Shown here piece by piece: positions 1 to 6,615 of a stretch of DNA of 18,968 nucleotides; the stretch's first letter is position 1, and the number at the start of each line of letters is the position of its first letter. The notes below the pieces were generated by a model. That model worked only from the letters and a program-made list of their open reading frames with translations. It was not told the origin of the DNA and ran no database searches. The DNA comes from Myxococcota bacterium (lineage in GTDB: Bacteria > Myxococcota > XYA12-FULL-58-9 > JALHOP01), in the NCBI GenBank assembly GCA_041288095.1, contig JBGGMJ010000046.1, positions 1-18,968 of the forward strand, in the 5' to 3' direction. Position numbers and translations under genes: made by a program.

Positions 1-21
1 GCGCGCAGCATGCCACGGTCT

Positions 22-1563
22 TCAGGGCTTCGCGAGCGCGACGAAGATGGTCACCCCCTGCCGCTCGATCTGGAAGCGGATGGGTTGGCCGCTCTTCACA
101 CCCTTCACCGCGGCGATCACTTCGCGGGCGTTATTCGCGGCTTTGCCCTGCACGTTGACGATGACGTCGCCGCGCTGGAAGCCGGCCCGCGACGCGACGC
201 TGCCCGGAGCGATGTCCTGAACGACCGCGCCTTGAAGCGTCTTCGCCTTGAGCTGCTCGCGGAGGCCGGCAGTGAGATCCACCACGGACAGACCGACGCT
301 GCCCGCCGATTCGCCGTCGCCTTGGCTCTCGTCTTTGCCTTGCGCCTTGACGCGCGCCGCGTCCTCGGGAAACGCTTCGAGCTTCACCGACAACACCTTG
401 CGCTCGCTGCCGCGCCAGACCACCACCGGTACGCTTTTGCCGACACCCGCCATGCTGGCGTAGAGAGGCAGGTCGCTCGAGCGGACGAGCTTCTTGCCGT
501 CGAACTCGAGGATGACGTCTCCTTGGCGGAGGCCGGCGGCGGCGCCCGGACCGTGGTCGACGACCTCCGAGACCAAGACGCCGTGATCGTCTTTCATGCC
601 GAAGCTCTCGGCGAGCTCGCGGCTCAGGGGTTGGATGCGCACGCCGATCCAGCTGCGCGTGAAGCGCCCTTCGCGCAGCTGCGGCAACATGCCTTTCACC
701 ATGTTGATGGGAATGGCGAAGCCGATGCCCTGGCCCTGCGCGTTGATCGCGGAGTTGATGCCGATGACCTCGCCGCGCATGTTGATGAGCGGGCCGCCGG
801 AGTTACCCGGGTTGATGGAGGCGTCCGTCTGCAAGAAATCGTAGAGCCCTGTCCGCCCCGACGGAGCGATGTCGCGGCGCTGCTTGGCGCTGATGATGCC
901 GACGGATACCGAGTGATCGAGGCCGAAGGGGTTGCCGATGGCGAGCACCCAATCGCCCATGCGCACGGCGTCGGAGTCACCGAGCACCATCGGGGTCGAG
1001 CTCGGCCGCTCGACCGTCTTCACCAGCGCGACGTCGTATTCGGGCGCGGTGCCGACGAGGGTCGCCTTGATGGTGCGCTCGCTGCCGTCCGTCGTAGCGA
1101 ACGTCACCTCGATGTTGGTCGCGTCTTCGACGAGGTGGTTGTTGGTGAGGATGAGGCCGCTCTGGTCGATGAGAAAGCCCGAGCCCAAGCCGTGCCCGCG
1201 CGGCTCGGCTTCGGGGAGGCCACGACCGAAACCGCGGAAGAAGTCGAAGGGGTCCTGGGCTTGCGCCTGCCCCTCACGGCGGCGGCCGCCGACTTCGACC
1301 TGAATGCTGACGACGGAAGGCACGAGCTTCTCGGCGAGGTCCGCGAGCTGCGGCAGGGTCTGAGCGGTGGTCTGGGGACTGACCGGGTTCTCCGCCGGCG
1401 TCGGCAGCGCCAGGTCTGCCGGGTTGGCAGTCGCGTCGGGGGCGAGCGCTTGCGGCACTCGCGGCGTGGATTCAGGGTTTTGGGGCGCGTTGGCAGTCGA
1501 ATCTTGCAACCGCTCGCAACCAAGAATGAGGAGTAGAGCGAAGGTAGTGGATAGTCGTCGCAT
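22..1563 (-). CDS. degP: HtrA/DegP (Do family) serine protease with two PDZ domains, probable lipoprotein
   Basis: Trypsin-like triad motifs TNNHL, YDVAL and INPGNSGGPL; GLGSGF; GNPFGL; two C-terminal PDZ-like segments (WIGVRIQ...GLRQGDVI and VGLSV...GFQRGDVI). Start moved from 2145 to the ATG at 1563 (MRRLSTTFALLLILGC, lipobox-like) because the longer frame overlaps the + strand gene at 1720. Confidence 0.92.
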   Translation of the reverse strand: MRRLSTTFALLLILGCERLQDSTANAPQNPESTPRVPQALAPDATANPADLALPTPAENPVSPQTTAQTLPQLADLAEKLVPSVVSIQVEVGGRRREGQAQAQDPFDFFRGFGRGLPEAEPRGHGLGSGFLIDQSGLILTNNHLVEDATNIEVTFATTDGSERTIKATLVGTAPEYDVALVKTVERPSSTPMVLGDSDAVRMGDWVLAIGNPFGLDHSVSVGIISAKQRRDIAPSGRTGLYDFLQTDASINPGNSGGPLINMRGEVIGINSAINAQGQGIGFAIPINMVKGMLPQLREGRFTRSWIGVRIQPLSRELAESFGMKDDHGVLVSEVVDHGPGAAAGLRQGDVILEFDGKKLVRSSDLPLYASMAGVGKSVPVVVWRGSERKVLSVKLEAFPEDAARVKAQGKDESQGDGESAGSVGLSVVDLTAGLREQLKAKTLQGAVVQDIAPGSVASRAGFQRGDVIVNVQGKAANNAREVIAAVKGVKSGQPIRFQIERQGVTIFVALAKP

Positions 1564-1622
1564 GGCGTTGGCTCTCGTAGACGGGCTGATTGGCGCGAGA
1601 CAAGATAGGTCGCAGCTTTTCA

Positions 1623-1649
1623 GCACCAACCCCCGCCCCCTGCCGATAA
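1623..1649 (+). promoter_or_regulatory. sigma28 (FliA/WhiG)-like promoter, GCACC-N14-GCCGATAA
   Basis: Perfect sigma28 -10 box GCCGATAA at 1642-1649 in intergenic DNA 70 nt upstream of ATG 1720. The -35 position (canonical 4-mer-N15 spacing) reads GCAC, like the other copies in this window. Confidence 0.6.
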
Positions 1650-1719
1650 CCCGATAGACGATAAACGCGTCAAGCATCCTTCTGCCCTGAAGAACGCTTG
1701 CACCTCGAGGGTTGAGCTG

Positions 1720-2649
1720 ATGGACGTCTCTCGTATCGATTCGGTTCAGAGCTACGGTCAGACAAGCCAAACCACGGAGCAGGCGAAGAAACGCCTGACT
1801 CTCAACGAGTCGAGCAGCTTCGCCAAGGGCACCTCGGGCATCGACCTCACCGCCATCAAGAACCCGGTCGACGCCGTCAACAACACCCAAGAGGGGCGCG
1901 TTCTCCAGACGCGCGACGGCAACGAGATCGAGATTCCGACCCTCGACGCCGAGACACGCGCCAAGGTCAACGCACTCCACGCGAAGGTCAGTGAAGCCGG
2001 CCGCCAACGCCTGCAGGCCGCTGGTCTCGAGCTGGGTCGCGCTTGTTTCGCGTACGTCGCCGCCACCCGCGCCATGAGCAAGGGTGAGCCGACCGGCAGA
2101 GCCCAGCTCGAAGCCGCGACCTCGGCGCTCTACGGCGCCGCGCAAGCGAACCTCGCAGCCGTCGCCAACGAAACGCAGGGCAAGCCGCCGAGCGGCCTAT
2201 CGCAAAAGGCTTACAACGACGCGATGACGGACGCGATGACCAACGGCATGGCCGGCGTCGAAGCCGATCTCAATGCGACGATGGAAAAGTTCATGAAGAA
2301 GGCGCAGATGGCCGAGACCATCGACACCGACTCCGCCGAGCTCGCCGACATGCTCGCCAATTGGCCCGAGGGCAGCTCGCAGACCTTCACCTGGCACGAG
2401 GCGGTGAAGGACGACAGCGGTAATTGGAGCATCGTCGAAAAGACCGCCACGCTCTCGAAGGAGCAGGCCGAGGATCTCTCCCACAAGCTCTCCGCCGACT
2501 CGCAGGGCTTGAACAGCATGAGCGCCATCGAGATGCAGATGCTGCAGGTCCAGGTGCAGGACTATCAGCAGGCGATGACGACGCTCAGTAACGTCATGAA
2601 GTCGCACGACGACAACCTCAAGGGCATCATCCAGAACGTCAAAGCGTAA
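1720..2649 (+). CDS. Hypothetical protein with T3SS needle/filament (SctF/Bsp22)-like C-terminus
   Basis: 309-aa ORF with high GC3 codon usage, Ser/Thr/Gln-rich N-terminus and no Sec signal. It ends LNSMSAIEMQMLQVQVQDYQQAMTTLSNVMKSHDDNLKGIIQNVKA, a pattern resembling the terminal helix of T3SS needle and filament subunits. The coding call is secure; the function is inferred. Confidence 0.75.
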   Translation: MDVSRIDSVQSYGQTSQTTEQAKKRLTLNESSSFAKGTSGIDLTAIKNPVDAVNNTQEGRVLQTRDGNEIEIPTLDAETRAKVNALHAKVSEAGRQRLQAAGLELGRACFAYVAATRAMSKGEPTGRAQLEAATSALYGAAQANLAAVANETQGKPPSGLSQKAYNDAMTDAMTNGMAGVEADLNATMEKFMKKAQMAETIDTDSAELADMLANWPEGSSQTFTWHEAVKDDSGNWSIVEKTATLSKEQAEDLSHKLSADSQGLNSMSAIEMQMLQVQVQDYQQAMTTLSNVMKSHDDNLKGIIQNVKA

Positions 2650-2655
2650 CCCGCT

Positions 2656-4581
2656 TTAGCGAACTGGCATATCGCGGCCGAACTTGGTCTTGTAGGCCTC
2701 GCGAATCGCCGTCAGGGCGTTGTTGTTCTTGTCGTACATGTAGAGCTTGGCGAGATCGGTCCAGGCGCTCTCGAGATCGGGATCGAGCTCGACGGCGCGC
2801 AAGAGGTGCTGAACCGCGGCGTCGGTGTTGCCACCGCGCGCTTCCATGAAGCCCAGCAGCTGATGCGCACGCACGAGCTCGTCGTACGTCGCGAGCGCCC
2901 GAGTGCACTGCTCACGCGCTTCTTTCTGGTGTCCTTGGCGCGCCTCGAGCTCGCAGCCGATGACTTGCAGGCCGGGCGCCTTGGGGAACTTGGCGAGGCC
3001 GCGACTGAGCAGCGCCCGCACGTCACGCAAGTGACCGACCGCGAGACCTTCGCGGGCATCGCGGAGGATGGCGGCGTATTCGCAGTCGTTCCCCAGGTTC
3101 ACGCCCACGTCTTGACCGGCGGGCAGGCCCTGTTGACGGCGCGCCGCGACGCTCCAGGTCGCGATAGTCGCGGCGCCCTCGCCGCCAGCGAGCTTCCCGG
3201 CGCGCTCGGCGGAGACGATACAACCGAGCTGCGCGTAGATGTTGGCGATGTTGGTCCAAGCGGTGCGCGCGTCTTCGGCCACCTTGGGGTCGATGGGAGT
3301 CGCCGGAGCTCCCTGAGGGGCCGCCGCGGGCACCGGCTCCGCCGAAAGCTTCTTGTCGACCTCGCGCGCCTGCTGCAGCGCCGACGCCGTGCTGCCCGCT
3401 AAAGCGTCCAAGCGCGCGAGAAATACCTCGCTGGTCACGAGGTCGCTCGCGTCGGCGGCGCGGGCGCAGAGCTCACGTTCCTCGGCGAAGCCCTTGACGC
3501 GGCTCGGGTGATCGGTCGGAGCGCCGATGGCCATCGATGCGCGTACGTTGCACCCGAAGTCGAGCAAGCGATCGTTGTCGGGGTGCTTCTCGATCATGAC
3601 GTTCGCCAAGGTCCATGCTTCCTTGAGCCGGCCGGAGTTGGCGTAGGTCTCCGCGTGCGTGAAGGTCTCCTTGGTGAGGTTGTCGAACTCGCGCTTCTTG
3701 GGCTTCGCCATGCCGGCCTGCTTGCTACGCCACGGATGCTCGATGGCGTCGCGCACGCGGGCCAGATCCGCTGCATCCGCTTCAGCGGACTCGCGAATGA
3801 GCAGCACGTTGAGCTTGCCGTGCCAGGACGCGACGGCGCCGTTATCGAAGAGCTGATCGCGGTACGCCAAGCCCAAGGCGAAGATGCGTGTCGCGAGAGC
3901 GCCGAGGTCGCGGGTCTGTGGATCGTAAGTGACCGCCATGATGGACGAGGCGTCGCGCGCGTGCGGCGCGCCGAGTGTATGGCCGAGGTGATGCAAGAAC
4001 ATCACCAGCTCCTTGTGCGCGCGGCGCTGCCTGTAGATGTTGCCCCTCTCGAACTCGGCGATGCCCTCGAGCTGAGCTCCCAACGCCGCGAACTCCGCCG
4101 GGTCGTTGATGCCACGCAGCACCATGTGGCGCCCGAGCGTCACCGAAGTGCCCATGGCGTGGATATCGTTGGTGACCTCGCGCGAAGCGCCCATCAAGCC
4201 TACGATCCAGCCGGTGTCTTCTCCGGCGTCGATGGTCTGCAGCTCGGCGAGCGCCGCTTGCAGATCGTCGCCGGCGCTGCGCTCCCAGATACGCGTGTTG
4301 CTGACCTCGAGGCGCACCGCGAACTTTGGTGCGAGCAGCCGGTTCGCCTGCTCGACCAGCTCGCGTACGTGCAGGTCCCACGACGGATCCCGGGTGCGGT
4401 GGCTGGCGTCGGCGTAAACGCGCAGCTTCAAGATCTGCCGCACCGCCGCCGTCGGAGCCGTCCCTTCCATCGTCGCCGGGGCGACTTCGCGCGCCACCTG
4501 GGCCTCACGCTCGGCGGGCGAAGGCCAGCAACCAGACAGGGCCGCGGTGGCGAGCAGAAAAGCGAGGCGGTGGCGCGCCAT
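2656..4581 (-). CDS. Lipoprotein with metzincin (matrixin/reprolysin-like) domain and C-terminal TPR repeats; catalytic Glu replaced by His
   Basis: N-terminal MARHRLAFLLATAALSGC lipobox; HHLGHTLGAPH followed by a Met-turn (SSIMA); TPR-like C-terminus (AHQLLGFM...AVQHLLRAVELDPDLESAWTDLAKLY). Confidence 0.85.
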   Translation of the reverse strand: MARHRLAFLLATAALSGCWPSPAEREAQVAREVAPATMEGTAPTAAVRQILKLRVYADASHRTRDPSWDLHVRELVEQANRLLAPKFAVRLEVSNTRIWERSAGDDLQAALAELQTIDAGEDTGWIVGLMGASREVTNDIHAMGTSVTLGRHMVLRGINDPAEFAALGAQLEGIAEFERGNIYRQRRAHKELVMFLHHLGHTLGAPHARDASSIMAVTYDPQTRDLGALATRIFALGLAYRDQLFDNGAVASWHGKLNVLLIRESAEADAADLARVRDAIEHPWRSKQAGMAKPKKREFDNLTKETFTHAETYANSGRLKEAWTLANVMIEKHPDNDRLLDFGCNVRASMAIGAPTDHPSRVKGFAEERELCARAADASDLVTSEVFLARLDALAGSTASALQQAREVDKKLSAEPVPAAAPQGAPATPIDPKVAEDARTAWTNIANIYAQLGCIVSAERAGKLAGGEGAATIATWSVAARRQQGLPAGQDVGVNLGNDCEYAAILRDAREGLAVGHLRDVRALLSRGLAKFPKAPGLQVIGCELEARQGHQKEAREQCTRALATYDELVRAHQLLGFMEARGGNTDAAVQHLLRAVELDPDLESAWTDLAKLYMYDKNNNALTAIREAYKTKFGRDMPVR

Positions 4582-4641
4582 GGCGGCTTACCATAGGCCT
4601 TCGCGGACTAGCAGGCGAGTGTTAGCGAAGCTTCGCCCACA

Positions 4642-4650
4642 TGGTAGAGT
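4642..4650 (+). promoter_or_regulatory. Extended -10 element (TGgTAGAGT) placed for a leaderless transcript starting at GTG 4657
   Basis: TG-n-TAGAGT at 4642-4650, 6 nt before the GTG; no Shine-Dalgarno sequence. Confidence 0.4.
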
Positions 4651-4656
4651 CGCGAC

Positions 4657-4971
4657 GTGACCATCAAGAAGACCGTCATTGGTCGCGGCCTGCCCCGGAT
4701 CCACCCGGGGCTCGAGCAGAAGCTGCGCGAGGCCGAGGACGCCGAGAAGAAGGGCAAGCGCGTCCGCACCTATGACGGCGTGCAGCGCGTCACCCGCCCC
4801 TCGCTCGATGCTTCGACGGAAGAGCGGGCCTGGCAAGCGCGCACCATCGGTCTCATCGATCCTCAGTACAAGCTCGAGAACGACGCGCTGCAACCGCTCG
4901 CCGAGCAGGCCGCCTTCCGTCCAGGTCAGGACCTCGACAAGATCTGGGACGAGCTCGGCGAGGCCGAGTAA
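4657..4971 (+). CDS. Hypothetical protein (N-terminal fragment of the interrupted HD-like frame)
   Basis: 104-aa ORF with typical high-GC3 codon usage, GTG start and a candidate promoter immediately upstream. Confidence 0.5.
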   Translation: MTIKKTVIGRGLPRIHPGLEQKLREAEDAEKKGKRVRTYDGVQRVTRPSLDASTEERAWQARTIGLIDPQYKLENDALQPLAEQAAFRPGQDLDKIWDELGEAE

Positions 4972-5007
4972 ATTCGCGCCGGCGCCATCGAGCGCTTCCG
5001 CCTCGAG

Positions 5008-6183
5008 ATGGAGTCGGTGCTCAGGCGCGCCGGCAGGGAGTACAAGGAGCCCCACCGCATCGGCGGACGTCTCGACGCCCGTAACCTCAAGCGCAGCGCC
5101 GAAAACGTCAGCGCCGAGGTCGCGACCTTCGCGGAGGTCTTGGCACCCGACAGCTACAGTCTGCTATTGCGGTTCGTCGAAGAGACGCGCGCGGTCCTCG
5201 ATTCGGCGATGCGCCAGCAGGCGGTGCAAGGCGTCGACGCCGTGTTCACCTACGAGCTGGTGCGCGACATGGCACGCAAGCTCGTCTACCAAGAGCTGGT
5301 CTCGCGGCGACGCGGCATGGGCGACCGCGGCATCCGCCGCATCATCGCCAACATCCAGCTCGGCGAATCTCTATACGGCCAGCTCGTGCCGCAAGGCCTC
5401 GCCACCGTCCGCCATCGCATCATGATGCGCATCATCCACGTGCATCAAGACCTCGGGCACACGGCGTATGCGGCGCGCGTGAGCTTTCGCGGCGGCCGCC
5501 TGCATCGCGCTTACGGCGCACGCATCTTCACCGACGAGACCAACAGACTGCGGCCGCTGCTCACGCCCACGGAGCTCGATCTGGTGCGCGCCGCCGTGGC
5601 GACCCACTCCTCCGAAGAGCTGCCGTTCGCGCAAGAGATGGTGCTCGCCTTGGTGCGCGTCGCCGATCACCTGGCGCCGTTCGCGCCTCACCGCGTCTAC
5701 AAGCATCTCGAGGGTATTGCCGGCGTCACCGACTACCTCGACGACATGTTGGCGCGCGCCCGCGCCGGTGACGGTCCCCGCTATGCCGCGATCCGCTCCT
5801 CGCTGCGACGCTACCTCGCGGAGAACACCGAGCTGCCCGAGACGCTGCGCGACGACATCATCGCCGACTTCCGGCCGATCGATCGCGGCGCCGACTTCAT
5901 CGAGATCGGGCCCATGGCGGGCGAGGTCAGCGGCATCACCATCGAGCCACGCGCCAACGGCTCGGCTGGCCGGGTACTCGCGCAGGTCACCTACGACGCG
6001 TTCAGCCACCGCTATCAAGGACTGTTCGATCACCAGCAAGACCAGCTCACGCGCCTCGCCCGCACCACGCGAGTCGACCTCGCCAAGGCGCGAGAGCAGG
6101 TGCGCTTCATGGTGAGCGGCCATGGCTCGCTCGATCTGGAGTTCGTCATGCCACCGGAGCCGGTCGAGAGTGGCGCCGCCTGA
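5008..6183 (+). CDS. HD-domain-like protein with degenerate metal ligands (C-terminal part of the interrupted frame)
   Basis: Motif order matches HD-fold proteins: GDRGIRR (cf. DHGxxH), HVHQDLGH (cf. HDxG), HRAYGA, AVATHS, LVRVADHL. Confidence 0.7.
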   Translation: MESVLRRAGREYKEPHRIGGRLDARNLKRSAENVSAEVATFAEVLAPDSYSLLLRFVEETRAVLDSAMRQQAVQGVDAVFTYELVRDMARKLVYQELVSRRRGMGDRGIRRIIANIQLGESLYGQLVPQGLATVRHRIMMRIIHVHQDLGHTAYAARVSFRGGRLHRAYGARIFTDETNRLRPLLTPTELDLVRAAVATHSSEELPFAQEMVLALVRVADHLAPFAPHRVYKHLEGIAGVTDYLDDMLARARAGDGPRYAAIRSSLRRYLAENTELPETLRDDIIADFRPIDRGADFIEIGPMAGEVSGITIEPRANGSAGRVLAQVTYDAFSHRYQGLFDHQQDQLTRLARTTRVDLAKAREQVRFMVSGHGSLDLEFVMPPEPVESGAA

Positions 6184-6346
6184 CGTGTGGGCGTTGCTGG
6201 GCCTGACGCAGTTGGGCCGCGGTGACGCGGGTGAGCGCCGAATTTCGGCTGGGTCGCGGACACCCTAGAGCACAGACACCTCCACCCAACCGGCTCGGAT
6301 CGCTCGCGGAAGGGCTTCCGGGCGGCCCGGACGCGCTCTCAGGCCG

Positions 6347-6361
6347 TGGCACAGCACTTGA
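6347..6361 (+). promoter_or_regulatory. sigma54 (RpoN)-type -24/-12 promoter
   Basis: TGGCAC-agcac-TTGA versus consensus TGGCAC-N5-TTGC, with exact spacing and one mismatch. It is followed by an AT-rich melting region (AAATAGATA); +1 is predicted near 6371-6373. Confidence 0.6.
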
Positions 6362-6370
6362 AATAGATAG

Positions 6371-6530
6371 GAACCGAGGGCGGCGACGCCCTGGTTCGAC
6401 CCTTCTTTTCTCTGCATGTGTCGCCCCTGCGCGACTCCCAAGTTTCCGTCGGGCCAACCCGACACCCTTCCCCCCTCTGCCTGCGCGGCGCCCGGTCCAA
6501 AAGCCGGGCGCCGCCTCCCTCCTTTTTGGA
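6371..6530 (+). ncRNA. Candidate structured small RNA with four stem-loops and C/U-rich linkers
   Basis: Begins at the predicted sigma54 +1. Stems at 6371-6397 (GCGA GNRA tetraloop), 6420-6435, 6448-6463 and 6485-6514 (11 bp perfect). Linkers are pyrimidine-rich; T-tract at 6523-6527. Confidence 0.5.
6485..6527 (+). terminator. Terminator-like GC hairpin followed by a displaced T-tract
   Basis: GCGGCGCCCGG-tccaaaag-CCGGGCGCCGC, then ctccctcc and TTTTT. The 8-nt gap before the T-tract is non-canonical. Confidence 0.4.
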
Positions 6531-6563
6531 CGCCACAGTGCCGCAAGGTCTCCCCGTGGAGGC

Positions 6564-6590
6564 GCAACCCGCGTCGCAGCGGCCCGATAA
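6564..6590 (+). promoter_or_regulatory. sigma28-like promoter, GCAAC-N14-CCCGATAA
   Basis: 7/8 match to GCCGATAA with GCAA at the canonical N15 spacing, 25 nt upstream of an in-frame TTG that has a GGAG RBS. Confidence 0.55.
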
Positions 6591-6615
6591 AGCTCCAACA
6601 AAACTGGAGCTCCGC

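Larger units (their letters stand above)
4657..6183 (+). pseudogene. HD-superfamily-like gene interrupted by an in-frame TAA at 4969-4971
   Basis: ORFs 4657-4971 and 5008-6183 are in the same frame, and the 36 nt between them are open (…ELGEAE*IRAGAIERFRLEMESV…). There is no RBS before 5008. The fused product would be 508 codons. Confidence 0.5.

Noticed and set aside
10-1536. 508-aa + strand ORF
   Set aside because: Antisense shadow of degP, typical of high-GC genomes; no recognisable motifs.
1564-2145. N-terminal extension of the degP ORF to 707 aa
   Set aside because: Overlaps the + strand gene at 1720 and the promoter region; the signal peptide begins at ATG 1563.
4969-4971. Alternative genetic code or Sec/Pyl recoding
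   Set aside because: The codon is TAA (not TGA/TAG), and TAA terminates several clear genes in the window.
6184-6560. 6S RNA, tRNA, riboswitch or CsrB-like RNA in the long intergenic region
   Set aside because: No long rod with central bubble, no cloverleaf, and no aptamer consensus I recognise. Minus-strand GGA motifs are mostly outside loops, and the promoter and GNRA loop favour the + strand.
6418-6615. Longer start for the two-TM protein (ORF 6418-7491)
   Set aside because: The first 66 codons run through hairpins, pyrimidine tracts and a promoter motif and have atypical codon usage; TTG 6616 has an RBS.
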